Source: Dehalococcoidia bacterium (lineage in GTDB: Bacteria; Chloroflexota; Dehalococcoidia; UBA2979). Taken from it: a stretch of 64,000 bases of DNA. Made by a program: the position numbers and the translations under genes. Below the pieces are notes generated by a model. The model made no database searches. It was not told the origin of the DNA and saw only the letters and a list, made by a program, of their open reading frames with translations. Below, one piece after another: positions 19,536 through 28,593 of the stretch (its first letter is position 1; every line of letters starts with the position of its first letter). Where the stretch lies: the NCBI GenBank assembly GCA_050248355.1, contig JBFWSN010000004.1, positions 13,530 to 77,529 on the forward strand, given 5' to 3'.

Positions 19536-19763
19536 ATGACTGGGCGCACACGGACGATGGGCAAGGCCCGCAGGAACGTACGCCGCGGGCGGACGCGTCT
19601 CATCGGTGCAGGCGTATTCGGCGTGGTCGCCGCTGCCCTGCCGACCTTCGCGAGTGCCACGGAGTTGTGGGGCCGCGAGAGCTCGCTGTGGTTCGTCAAC
19701 ATCAACGGGCAGAACTTCAACGTCATCCAGCCGCTCTGGCACCTGATCTGTCGCGGCAGCTAG
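19536..19763 (+). CDS. Small secreted peptide precursor, paralog 1 (Tat-like signal plus 34-aa Trp-rich core)
   Basis: RBS AAGGGAG. Leader …RRGRTRLIGAGVFGVVAAALPTFASA, then TELWGRESSLWFVNINGQNFNVIQPLWHLICRGS. Confidence 0.6.
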   Translation: MTGRTRTMGKARRNVRRGRTRLIGAGVFGVVAAALPTFASATELWGRESSLWFVNINGQNFNVIQPLWHLICRGS

Positions 19764-19905
19764 CAGCGCGCGTTCCAGCCCCTCACGAGGGGTGACATCG
19801 GGGCCCGCTGGCCCGGCGCCGCAGGCCCGGGCCGCGAGCAAAGAACAGCAGGGAGCAACGGGGCCGATGGTGCCTCGCGCTCATGCAGAAAGGGAGTTAC
19901 GAAGG

Positions 19906-20112
19906 ATGCAAATGGACAAGGCCCGTAAGCACGTACGCCGCGGGCGGACCCGCCTCGTCGGTGCGGGCGTATTCGGCGTTCTCGCCGCTGCACTGCCGAG
20001 CTTCGCGGGTGCCACGGAGTTGTGGGGTCGCGAAAGCTCGACGTGGTTCGTCCACATCAACGGGCAGGCCTTCAACGTGATCCAGGTGCTCTACCACCGC
20101 TGCGGCGGCTAG
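19906..20112 (+). CDS. Small secreted peptide precursor, paralog 2
   Basis: RBS AAAGGGAG. Leader MQMDKARKHVRRGRTRLVGAGVFGVLAAALPSFAGA, then TELWGRESSTWFVHINGQAFNVIQVLYHRCGG. The upstream region is also duplicated from paralog 1. Confidence 0.6.
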   Translation: MQMDKARKHVRRGRTRLVGAGVFGVLAAALPSFAGATELWGRESSTWFVHINGQAFNVIQVLYHRCGG

Positions 20113-20396
20113 CACGCGCGTCCCACCCCTTACGGTGGGCGAATCAGGGCTCGCGGTCCCGGCGAACCACGCCGGCTCCGCGGGCCTTGAGCTTCCTCGC
20201 TGACCGCGAGCAGCGGGTCGTGCTCGTCGACCCGGTTCCCTCGACTTCATTCACGCAACGGGTGCCCCCGCACGTGGCCCGCAGAACCGGACGTGGGTGC
20301 GCGCACGATTACGATCTTGTGCTATGTTCCTACCGCGTGATGGGTTCGGCAGCGGATCGCGTCGGCAGTCCGATACGAGTCACAGGAGGAGCAGAG

Positions 20397-20669
20397 GTGA
20401 CCGAGAAGTTCGACGACATGAGCAAGCACATGGCCCGCAAGCATTCCCGTCGGGGGCTGATCCGAGCCCTCGGGGCGGGCGTCCTCGGCGCCACCGCGGC
20501 AGCCGCGCTGCCGACCGTGGCGAGCGCGGACTGGGGTGCGTTCCGCCGAGGATCGTACCTCCGCAACACGTACGGTCCGCAGTGGTACACCGTGGACAAT
20601 GGGCAGAACCAGAACGTCATCGGGCAGATCCGGTGGAACCAGTCGCTGCCCAACCCCGGGGCCGACTAG
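20397..20669 (+). CDS. Small secreted peptide precursor, paralog 3
   Basis: RBS AGGAGG before the GTG. Leader …SRRGLIRALGAGVLGATAAAALPTVASA, then DWGAFRRGSYLRNTYGPQWYTVDNGQNQNVIGQIRWNQSLPNPGAD. Confidence 0.6.
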   Translation: MTEKFDDMSKHMARKHSRRGLIRALGAGVLGATAAAALPTVASADWGAFRRGSYLRNTYGPQWYTVDNGQNQNVIGQIRWNQSLPNPGAD

Positions 20670-20757
20670 CATCGTAGGGTGCTGAACCGCGGCCGTCGTC
20701 ATCGTCGGTAGCACGGGCGATCGTCGACGGATGTGTCAGCCTCAGTGAGGAGCGAAA

Positions 20758-21021
20758 GTGACCGAGAAGTTCGACGACATGAGCAAGCACATGGCCCGCA
20801 AGCACTCGCGTCGAGGGCTCATCCGCGCCCTCGGGGCGGGCGTCCTCGGCGCCACCGCGGCAGCCGTGCTGCCGACCGTCGCGAGCGCGGACTGGGGTGC
20901 GTTCCGCCGGGGATCGCAGCTCCGCGACACGTACGGTCCGCAGTGGTACACCGTGGACAATGGCCAGAATCAGAACGTCCTCGGACCGATCCGCTGGAAC
21001 CAGATGCGTACGGAACCGTAG
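20758..21021 (+). CDS. Small secreted peptide precursor, paralog 4
   Basis: Near-identical to paralog 3 (DWGAFRRGSQLRDTYGPQWYTVDNGQNQNVLGPIRWNQMRTEP) and carries the same leader. Confidence 0.6.
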   Translation: MTEKFDDMSKHMARKHSRRGLIRALGAGVLGATAAAVLPTVASADWGAFRRGSQLRDTYGPQWYTVDNGQNQNVLGPIRWNQMRTEP

Positions 21022-21088
21022 TTCGTCAGTGACCGACCAGGGCGGGCCCGAGACTGGCTTTCAGGGCCAGGGCGTCTCGGGCCCGCTC

Positions 21089-21877
21089 GTGTCCGTCGTC
21101 CTCACCACCCGCGATCGCCCTCATCTCTTGCCGATCGCGTTCCGCTGCTTCGAGCTCCAGAGCTACCCCAACCGCGAACTGATCGTCGTGGACGATGGTC
21201 TCGAATATCCAGCTGACGTCTCGTCACTCCCGGCCGACGCCGTCCGCGTCGTCCGCGTCCCGCCCGGAACCCCCCTCGGTGTCAAGCTGAACCACGGCGT
21301 CGATGCTGCCCGTGGCCGCCTCTGCATGAAGATGGACGACGACGACTGGTACGCCCCGGAGTACCTCGCGACATCCGTCGATGCACTCATCGAGAGCGAG
21401 CGCCGGTTCTGCCGTCCGACCCTCGTCTTCCACCTGGGCTTTCTGTTCTTCGAACTGAGGACGTGGCGCATCCACCTGTCCGTGCAGGACAACGCCCCCG
21501 GCGCGACGCTTCTCTTCGCGAAGAGCGACTGGCGCCGCCGCCCCTTCCGTCCGGTCCCCACCGACGAGGACGCCTGGTTCTACCGCGACCAGGTCCTCGC
21601 CGGCGCCCTGCCCCTCCCCATCGACTCGATCGACACGTTCGTCGCCATTCGCCATCGGGGCCATCGAGGGACGTTCGGCCACACGTGGACCTACCAGCTC
21701 GACGGCAGATCGCTGGAGGACTATCTCGCCAGGCGCCCCGTCTACACCCGCACCCCCGAGCAGATGTTCCCCGACTGGGCCCTGCGGACCTACCGCCGCA
21801 TCCACGAAGACCTCGTCGCCCAGGAGCGCGAGGAGGAGCCCGCGGCTCCGATCGATGCGACTCCGGCTCCCGCGTAG
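21089..21877 (+). CDS. Glycosyltransferase family 2 (GT-A fold)
   Basis: N-terminal VSVVLTTRDRPHLL, DxD motif (VVDDG) and acidic MDDDDWY are present. The start is taken as the GTG at 21089; the ORF is open further upstream but would then overlap peptide paralog 4. Confidence 0.65.
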   Translation: MSVVLTTRDRPHLLPIAFRCFELQSYPNRELIVVDDGLEYPADVSSLPADAVRVVRVPPGTPLGVKLNHGVDAARGRLCMKMDDDDWYAPEYLATSVDALIESERRFCRPTLVFHLGFLFFELRTWRIHLSVQDNAPGATLLFAKSDWRRRPFRPVPTDEDAWFYRDQVLAGALPLPIDSIDTFVAIRHRGHRGTFGHTWTYQLDGRSLEDYLARRPVYTRTPEQMFPDWALRTYRRIHEDLVAQEREEEPAAPIDATPAPA

Positions 21878-22649
21878 CCGGCGGCGCTACCCCGAGGAGA
21901 ACGCGCCGCCTCCGCCCCGAGTCCTCATCCTCACCCCGATGAAGGACGCGCGTCGCACGTTGCCCGTCTACTGGTCGCTCCTCCGACGCGTGACGTACCC
22001 GCGCGGCCGCATCTCGCTGGGCTTCCTCGAGAGCGACAGCTCAGACGGCACCTGGGACGAGGTGCAGGCCTGCCTTCCGGTGCTGCAGCGTGAGTTCCGG
22101 CGCGCCCTCGCCTGGAAGCGTGACTTCGGCTACCGCATCCCCCCCGGCCTCCCCCGCTGGGAGGACTCCATCCAGCTCGCCCGCCGCGCCGTCCTCGCGC
22201 GCAGCCGCAACCACCTCCTCTTCCATGCCCTCGACGACGAGGACTGGGTGCTCTGGATGGACGCCGACCTCCTCGACTACCCGCCGGACGTCATCGAGCG
22301 CCTACTCGCTGTCGGTCGCGACGTCGTCCAGCCCCACTGCGTTCTCCAGTACGGCGGGCCGACGTACGACCGGAACGCATGGGTCGATCAGGGACGCTCG
22401 CACATGGACCGTCTCCGCGATCACGACCTCGTGCGGCTCGACTCGGTCGGCGGCACCATGCTCCTCGTGAAGGCCGACCTCCACCGCGACGGGCTCATCT
22501 TCCCGCCCTTCCTCTACGGCCTCGACAACCCCCTCGTGCGACGCGGCCGAGGCGAGATCGAGACGGAGGGCCTCGGCTCGCTCGCCCACGACATGGGCAT
22601 CGAATGCTGGGGCCTCCCGAACCTGGAGGTCCTTCATCACCCCTTCTAG
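21855..22649 (+). CDS. Putative GT-A-like glycosyltransferase (Anp1/Mnn9-like domain?)
   Basis: VLILTPMKDA…ISLGFLESDSSDGT…LWMDADL gives a GT-A-like DxD/acidic pattern. The assignment is tentative. Confidence 0.45.
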   Translation: MRLRLPRSRRRYPEENAPPPPRVLILTPMKDARRTLPVYWSLLRRVTYPRGRISLGFLESDSSDGTWDEVQACLPVLQREFRRALAWKRDFGYRIPPGLPRWEDSIQLARRAVLARSRNHLLFHALDDEDWVLWMDADLLDYPPDVIERLLAVGRDVVQPHCVLQYGGPTYDRNAWVDQGRSHMDRLRDHDLVRLDSVGGTMLLVKADLHRDGLIFPPFLYGLDNPLVRRGRGEIETEGLGSLAHDMGIECWGLPNLEVLHHPF

Positions 22650-22677
22650 TTCACCGCGGGGCACGGCCCCGAGGCTG

Positions 22678-23871
22678 TTGTTCATCACCCCTGCATCCCC
22701 CGCGGCGGGGGGGAACGGCCTCGCGATGCGTGCCGGTATGTGGCTGGAGGCGCTCGCGCAGCGCTACGAGGTCGACCTGCTCGTCGTCCCGGTCTACGGT
22801 GCGGGTCGCCCGGACGCCGACGCGTTCGCGCGCCAGTACTGCCGCTCCGTTACCGTCGTGCCGCGCGAGGCGCTCACACGCGCCCTGGCTGCCGGGATGG
22901 CCGAAGCGGGCGGGCCGCTCGACGTCCTGCGCGCGTTCGAGGCGTCCATTCCCGCCTGCCTCGAGGCCGTGGACACCCTCGATCTCGACATCGACGTCAT
23001 CCACGCCTTTCGGCTCTACACCACCCCCGTCGCCCTCGCGCTCGCAGCGCGCGCCCCGCAAGCGCGCCTCCACGTCGATCTCGACGACATCGAGTCGGTC
23101 ACGCGCTCACGCATCGCTGCCATGCACCGCCTCAACGGCCGGCTCGACCCCGCTCGCGCAGAGGACGCCGAGGCGGGCCGCTTCGCCGAGGCCGAGCGCG
23201 ACCTGCTCCCTCGCTTCCAGCGCCTGTACGTCTGCTCCGACCTCGACGCCGCCCGCCTGCGCGAGCTGCTTCCCGGCCTCACTGCTGAGGTACGCGTCGT
23301 CCCGAACGCCGTCCGGCTTCCCGTGCCGCCCCCCTCCCCGCGCACGACGCACCCCTTCACGTTCCTCTTTGTCGGCACGATGGGCTACGCCCCTAACCTC
23401 GATGCCGTCCGTTGGTTCACGCGCCGCATCTGGCCGCGCGTCCACGCTCGCGCCGGTCGTCCGGTCCTGTTTCGCGTCGTCGGTCCCCCTCCCGAGACGG
23501 ACCTCTCAGCCGTCGCGCGCCTCCCCGGCGTCCGAGTGGCCGGTCCGGTGCCCGACGTAACTCCCGAGTACGGCGACGCTGACGCGGTGGTCGTCCCGCT
23601 GCGCGCCGGCGGCGGCACCCGCATCAAGGCACTCGAGGCGTTCGCGCACGGCCGCCCGGTCGTGAGCACCACTATCGGCGTCGAGGGCATCGAGGCGACT
23701 CCGGGCCGCGATCTCCTCGTCGCCGATGACCCCGATGCCTTCGCTGACGCCTGCCTCCGTCTCATCGACGACCCGGCGCTTGGCGCGGCCATCGCGACGA
23801 GCGCCGCGCGGCTCGTCACCTTGAGGTATTCACAGGACATCGTCGCCCCGCTCATCGGCGGACCGGCATGA
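22678..23871 (+). CDS. Glycosyltransferase family 4 (GT-B)
   Basis: The C-terminal region carries …PLRAGGGTRIKALEAFAHGRPVVST…. Confidence 0.75.
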   Translation: MFITPASPAAGGNGLAMRAGMWLEALAQRYEVDLLVVPVYGAGRPDADAFARQYCRSVTVVPREALTRALAAGMAEAGGPLDVLRAFEASIPACLEAVDTLDLDIDVIHAFRLYTTPVALALAARAPQARLHVDLDDIESVTRSRIAAMHRLNGRLDPARAEDAEAGRFAEAERDLLPRFQRLYVCSDLDAARLRELLPGLTAEVRVVPNAVRLPVPPPSPRTTHPFTFLFVGTMGYAPNLDAVRWFTRRIWPRVHARAGRPVLFRVVGPPPETDLSAVARLPGVRVAGPVPDVTPEYGDADAVVVPLRAGGGTRIKALEAFAHGRPVVSTTIGVEGIEATPGRDLLVADDPDAFADACLRLIDDPALGAAIATSAARLVTLRYSQDIVAPLIGGPA

Positions 23872-24996
23872 CCTCGCACTCCTCGATGATCGCGAGGAGC
23901 CGTCGCGCCGCGTGGTCCCATGTGAACCGCTCGACCATGCGCGCCCGCGCAGAGGCTGCCGGGGCGTCCTCGCCCGCAATCGCCCGCCGCACGTACTCGA
24001 CCGCCTGATCCTCGTCCGGCGCCCACCAGCGCGCGCCGTCGAACAGCTCCGCCGACCACGCGTCCGAGGTCGACACGGCGGCCACCTCGCGTGATTCGAT
24101 CATCGACGCGACCGAGTCGTCCAGGTAGTCGAGGTACGCGCTGTGCCGTGGGGCAATCAGCCGCAGCCCGGACGCCGCCGCCTGCGACATCGGCAGGTCC
24201 CACCCCTCCCCGAACGACAGGCTGATGTAGTGCGTGCCGGCGGCGAACAGCCGCGGCAGGTCGGCGTCCGGCAGCACCAGGTCGACGAACGCGACCGGCG
24301 CCGCCTCACGCAGTCGCTTCCCGACTGCGTCCTCCGCGTCGCGCACCGTCCGCCCGAAGTGCGCGAGCGCGCCGGTCATCGTCGTGCCGCGTTTCACGAC
24401 CAGCACCGCGTCGTCGTCGGCGCGCGTCGCCCGCAGCCAGACTCGCAGCAACCCCTCGAGGTTCTTGCGCCCACTGACCGCCGACACGTTGAGAAACCGC
24501 GTCGCATACGAGCCGATCGGCCGGTCGCTGGCGTCTGCGAGGTCGAGGGAGGGCACGCCTGGTCGGAACAGGTCCGTCCGCACGCCGAGCGGGCACAGCC
24601 GCAGCTTCTCCTCGGGCACGCCGCTATTGATCCACGCGCGACGTGAGTGCTCCGTCGGCAGCACGATGAGGTCCGCCCGCGAGTGCGCGCGCGCCCACGA
24701 TTCGGGGATGCGCGTCGCCTCGAACATCGTGTAGTTGAGGTGGGGCGTCCACGGCGCCGGCCGCACCTGCGTCGGAAACGCGATGTGGAGGTTCGCCCGC
24801 ACCGAGGCCGGACGCCGCAGGCGTTCGAACCACGGCTCTCGCAACTCGTACGGCAGCCCCGCCGGGCCCCACTCCCCGAGCTGTTCCAGCGCGACCTCGA
24901 TGCCCCGCCGGACGAGCGCGCGCGCAAGCTCACGCGTGTGGTAGTCGTACCCCGTCTGCCCGAGATACGGCCCGCGGATGCGCACCCCGGCTGCCA
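23852..24996 (-). CDS. Glycosyltransferase family 4 (GT-B), convergent with the previous gene
   Basis: Begins MAAGVRIRGPYLGQTGYDYHTRELARALVRRGIEV and carries …GEGWDLPMSQAAASGLRLIAP. The longer ORF continuing to 25489 is a shadow of the acdh gene. The start coordinate is uncertain by a few nt. Confidence 0.7.
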
Positions 24997-25126
24997 TCTG
25001 CCGAGTATCGTCGCCCGCGTCGTTCGAGGCCACGCGGCCTTCCGTGCGCTGCCCCCGGTGATACAGTACGTCCGCGCGTACGCACGTAATCGCTCGTGAC
25101 GCGACCACCGACGAGAGGACTTCGAC

Positions 25127-26344
25127 ATGGACTGGAATGACAGCCCCGAGCAGGCCGCCTTCCGCGAAGAGGTGCGGGCGTTTGTCAGGGACCGCCTTCC
25201 CGAGTACTACGACCGCACCCGCATCGAGCGCGGGTTCGTCGAGGAGGCCGAGCGCGACTGGCAGTGGGACATGTTCCACGGCGACGACGAGCGGCGCGGC
25301 GCCGCCGAGGAGTGGGCCGCAGCCCTCGCTGAGCGCGGCTGGGGCGCGCCGCACTGGCCCACCGAGTACGGCGGCGCTGGCCTCTCCAGCATCGAGCAGT
25401 TCATCCTCCGGTGGGAGTTCGCTCTCCTCGACGCGCCGATCATCGGCGGCGGCGGCATTTCCCTCCTCGGTCCCACCCTCCTCGTCCACGGTACCGAGGA
25501 GCAGAAGCAGCGCTTCCTGGAGCCCACCCTTCGAGGCGAGATCCTCTGGGCGCAGGGCTACTCGGAGCCAGGCGCGGGCTCGGACCTCGCCTCCCTTCAG
25601 ACCCGCGCCGTCCGCGACGGTGACGAGTGGGTCATCAACGGCCAGAAGCTATGGACTTCCGCGGGCCACAAGGCCAATTGGGTCTTCATGCTCGTCCGCA
25701 CCGATCCCGACGCGCCCAAGCATCGAGGCATCAGCTTCATGCTCGTCGACATGCGCACGCCTGGCGTCAGCGTCCGCCCCATCATCTCCATGAGCTGGCG
25801 GCACGCCACCAACGAAACCTTCTACGAGGACGTCCGCGTCCCCGCGAACCAGGTCGTCGGCGAGGTCAACCGCGGCTGGTACGTCGGCATGACCCTCCTC
25901 GACTACGAGCGCTCGTCCATCGCCAGCGCCGTCGCGCAGCGCCAGCAGCTCGATGACCTCCTCGAGCACGTCGCCGCGGACCGCAGCCCGCACCGCGCCG
26001 ACCTCATCCGCGGCGAGATGGCCGACCGCCGCATCGAGGCCGAGGTGCTTTTCAACCTCTCCCTCCGCATCGCCTCGATGCAGGCCGCGGGTGTCCTCCC
26101 GAACTACGAGGCCTCTATGGGCAAAGTCTTTTCTACTGAGCTCACCCAGCGCATCGCCCGTACCGGCACCAAGGTCTTCGGCCTCTACGCGAACCTTTGG
26201 TCCACCAGCGAGCCGCTCTCGCCGATGCACGCGCAGTGCACGCAGACCTACGTCGACCGCACGGTCGGCACCGTCACGGGCGGAGCCAGCGAGATCCAGC
26301 GCAACATCATCGCCACGCGCGGCCTCGGACTCCCCCGCGGCTAG
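25127..26344 (+). CDS. Acyl-CoA dehydrogenase family protein
   Basis: The sequence is collinear with ACAD N-terminal, middle and C-terminal domains, e.g. the …QNIIATRGLGLPRG C-terminus. Confidence 0.9.
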   Translation: MDWNDSPEQAAFREEVRAFVRDRLPEYYDRTRIERGFVEEAERDWQWDMFHGDDERRGAAEEWAAALAERGWGAPHWPTEYGGAGLSSIEQFILRWEFALLDAPIIGGGGISLLGPTLLVHGTEEQKQRFLEPTLRGEILWAQGYSEPGAGSDLASLQTRAVRDGDEWVINGQKLWTSAGHKANWVFMLVRTDPDAPKHRGISFMLVDMRTPGVSVRPIISMSWRHATNETFYEDVRVPANQVVGEVNRGWYVGMTLLDYERSSIASAVAQRQQLDDLLEHVAADRSPHRADLIRGEMADRRIEAEVLFNLSLRIASMQAAGVLPNYEASMGKVFSTELTQRIARTGTKVFGLYANLWSTSEPLSPMHAQCTQTYVDRTVGTVTGGASEIQRNIIATRGLGLPRG

Positions 26345-26536
26345 GGTGAACCGACTGCCGGTCGTGCTCCCACGAAGGGAGCACCGACCGGCAATGAGCC
26401 GTCCGTAGCCCGCGCGCCTCCACGCGGCGATCCACTCGTCCGAGCCCGGCTTGGGCTCGCTGCCGTTCGGCCGTGCTCGTGCGTGACGCAGCGCGTCATG
26501 CCCCTCGCATTCCCCGGTAGACCGTTCATCCACACT

Positions 26537-26548
26537 TCACGATCGTGA
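26537..26548. promoter_or_regulatory. Perfect 12-bp palindrome TCACGATCGTGA, with a further GTGAT repeat ~20 bp downstream, in an AT-richer stretch upstream of the SBP gene. Candidate operator.
   Basis: Read directly from the sequence. It lies ~70 bp upstream of the ATG at 26619. Confidence 0.35.
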
Positions 26549-26618
26549 TGTATCATTAACGTGATATGAGGCGCGTCAGCTGCGGCTCGTACGGGGCAGC
26601 GCTCAGAGGGAGTTCGCC

Positions 26619-28415
26619 ATGTCCGCGGAAACCGAGCAACGGAACGCACACCTGGTCTTGGATCGCCGTCTCTTCTTGCGAGGCGGGTCGTTCGCCCTTG
26701 GAGGCATCGCCGCCGCGGCGCTGGTCGGCTGCGGGGGCGACGATGACGACACCGGTGCGCCTGCCGCTACCTCGACCGGAACAGCCACCACCGTCATTCC
26801 CAAGAACCAGAACCCGGCGCAGGTGAAGACGGACCCAAATCTGCCGTTCCCCCTTGGCATCGCTGAACCGGATCGGCCCGCGAAGGATGGCGGAACGCTG
26901 AACGTCGCCGTCAGCTGGGACGTCTCGACGATGGACCCGAGCAAGTCCGCCGCGGGTGGCACCATTACTGTGCCCAACGTTGGCTACGACCGGCTCATTG
27001 GCTTCGTCAGCGGCATTCATTACGACCCGTTGAAGCTCGAACTCAAGCCGGAGCTGGCGACCTCATGGGAACGAAGCCCTGACGGCCTCGTCTATACCTT
27101 CAAGATCCGCTCTGGCACGAAGTGGCAGAACCTCCCGCCCCTGAATGGCCGTGCCTTCGTCGCTGACGACGCCGCATTCGCGCTTGGTCGCTACAAGACC
27201 GAGGGCGTCCATCAATCCATTCACAGCGAGGTCGACCGATTCGAGGCTCCCGACCCCGCCACCCTCAAGATCACGATGAAGAAGCCGCTCGCGGACTACA
27301 TCAACAACCTCGGTGGGCGCTATCAGACGATCTTCCCGAAGGAGCTCGTGGACGATGGCTCTATCGACAGGACCGTCGTCGGCACCGGCCCGATGATCCT
27401 CCGCGAGGCGAAGGCACAGCAGCAGGTCACGTTCGAGAAGAACCCTGATTACTGGCAGGGAAAGATCCACCTCGATGGTCTGATCTTCAAGATCATGCCC
27501 GATAACACCGCACGCACGGCCGCGTTTCGTGCCGGTCAGATCGAGTACGCGTACGCACTTGCCGCCAAGCTCAGCGACGTGAAAAACATCCAGCGGACGA
27601 ACCCGGACGTTCAGGTGTTCATGGCCGGCGGCACCGCCGGCGGCTACGGCTTTGGGATGAACCTTCAGCATTCGAAGTTCCGTGACGAACGCGTACGACG
27701 CGCCATCTCCCTGTCCAACGACCACGAACAGACCGTGGCGCTGCTCTTCGAGAATTACGGCGTGGCCGCTCCCGACCAGCCCTGGTCATTCGTGCTCGAC
27801 CGTCTGCCGGACTACAAGACCGGCGACCAGGGGCAGTGGGTGCAGCCCAATGGCGACCCCACTCAGGCGAAGCAACTCCTCGACGCCGCCGGCGCAGCGA
27901 ACCTCACGATCAACGCCGTCTATTACACGTACGGTCAGTACGATGCTGACCGCCCGCAGGTCCTCACGGACCAGTTCCGCAAGTCCGGCATTACGCTCAA
28001 CGCCCGTCGCGTCGAGTACACCGAGTTCAACTCCCAGTGGGTGCCCGGGAAACTCGAAGAAGCGACGACAAGTGGTTGGTCCGCCGGCGGGTTCGACGCT
28101 GACAACTACTTCTACAATCAGATCTACTCGAAGTCGCCCGGCAACCGTCACCACCTCGAAGACCCACAGGTGGACCAGTGGGCCGATCAGCAGCGCACTG
28201 AACTTGATCCGGCGAAACGCAAGGAAATCCACAGAAAGATCTGGGACCGCATCTGGGTCGATCAGATGTATCGCATTCCGCAGGCGGGCTTCTACGGCTA
28301 CGAGGTCATGCAGCCCTGGCTGAGAGGATGGCGCGGCGCTGGCGGCCCGCTCGGCTCCAGCAGTTACTTCTACGACTGGGGCGAGCAACTCATCGACATC
28401 TGGCTCGACAAGTAG
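26619..28415 (+). CDS. ABC transporter substrate-binding protein, family 5 (peptide/nickel/opine type), Tat-lipoprotein
   Basis: The Tat/lipobox region LDRRLFLRGGSFALGGIAAAALVGCGG is followed by an SBP_bac_5-like body. Confidence 0.85.
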   Translation: MSAETEQRNAHLVLDRRLFLRGGSFALGGIAAAALVGCGGDDDDTGAPAATSTGTATTVIPKNQNPAQVKTDPNLPFPLGIAEPDRPAKDGGTLNVAVSWDVSTMDPSKSAAGGTITVPNVGYDRLIGFVSGIHYDPLKLELKPELATSWERSPDGLVYTFKIRSGTKWQNLPPLNGRAFVADDAAFALGRYKTEGVHQSIHSEVDRFEAPDPATLKITMKKPLADYINNLGGRYQTIFPKELVDDGSIDRTVVGTGPMILREAKAQQQVTFEKNPDYWQGKIHLDGLIFKIMPDNTARTAAFRAGQIEYAYALAAKLSDVKNIQRTNPDVQVFMAGGTAGGYGFGMNLQHSKFRDERVRRAISLSNDHEQTVALLFENYGVAAPDQPWSFVLDRLPDYKTGDQGQWVQPNGDPTQAKQLLDAAGAANLTINAVYYTYGQYDADRPQVLTDQFRKSGITLNARRVEYTEFNSQWVPGKLEEATTSGWSAGGFDADNYFYNQIYSKSPGNRHHLEDPQVDQWADQQRTELDPAKRKEIHRKIWDRIWVDQMYRIPQAGFYGYEVMQPWLRGWRGAGGPLGSSSYFYDWGEQLIDIWLDK

Positions 28416-28440
28416 CGCTCCCCGCCACGGCTCCCTTCCC

Positions 28441-28476
28441 GAATGGCCCTCGGATCCCCCCTTCCGAGGGCCATTC
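28441..28476 (+). terminator. GC-rich hairpin (GAATGGCCCTCGGA…TCCGAGGGCCATTC) immediately after the SBP stop
   Basis: A 14-bp inverted repeat is visible in the sequence. Confidence 0.5.
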
Positions 28477-28593
28477 GTCACCCGGGCTCGCGTCGCTCGC
28501 GCCTTGCCGCATCCGGCCCATCGTGCAGAATGGGGCCACTCGGCTCGCTCCCAGTCCCGAGAACGCACCACCGCTCACCCGTCAGGAGGCTCG

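Noticed and set aside
20022-20669. 215-aa ORF spanning peptide paralogs 2-3
   Set aside because: It is a read-through frame overlapping the small peptide genes. It has no RBS at its start, and its N-terminal part is low-complexity Arg/Pro-rich shadow sequence. The small genes, which have RBSs and duplicated leaders, are the better models.
23852-25489. Extension of the minus-strand GT4 ORF to 25489
   Set aside because: The upstream 164 codons overlap the acyl-CoA dehydrogenase gene and translate to acidic low-complexity sequence. The start was moved to the internal ATG (MAAGVRIRG…).
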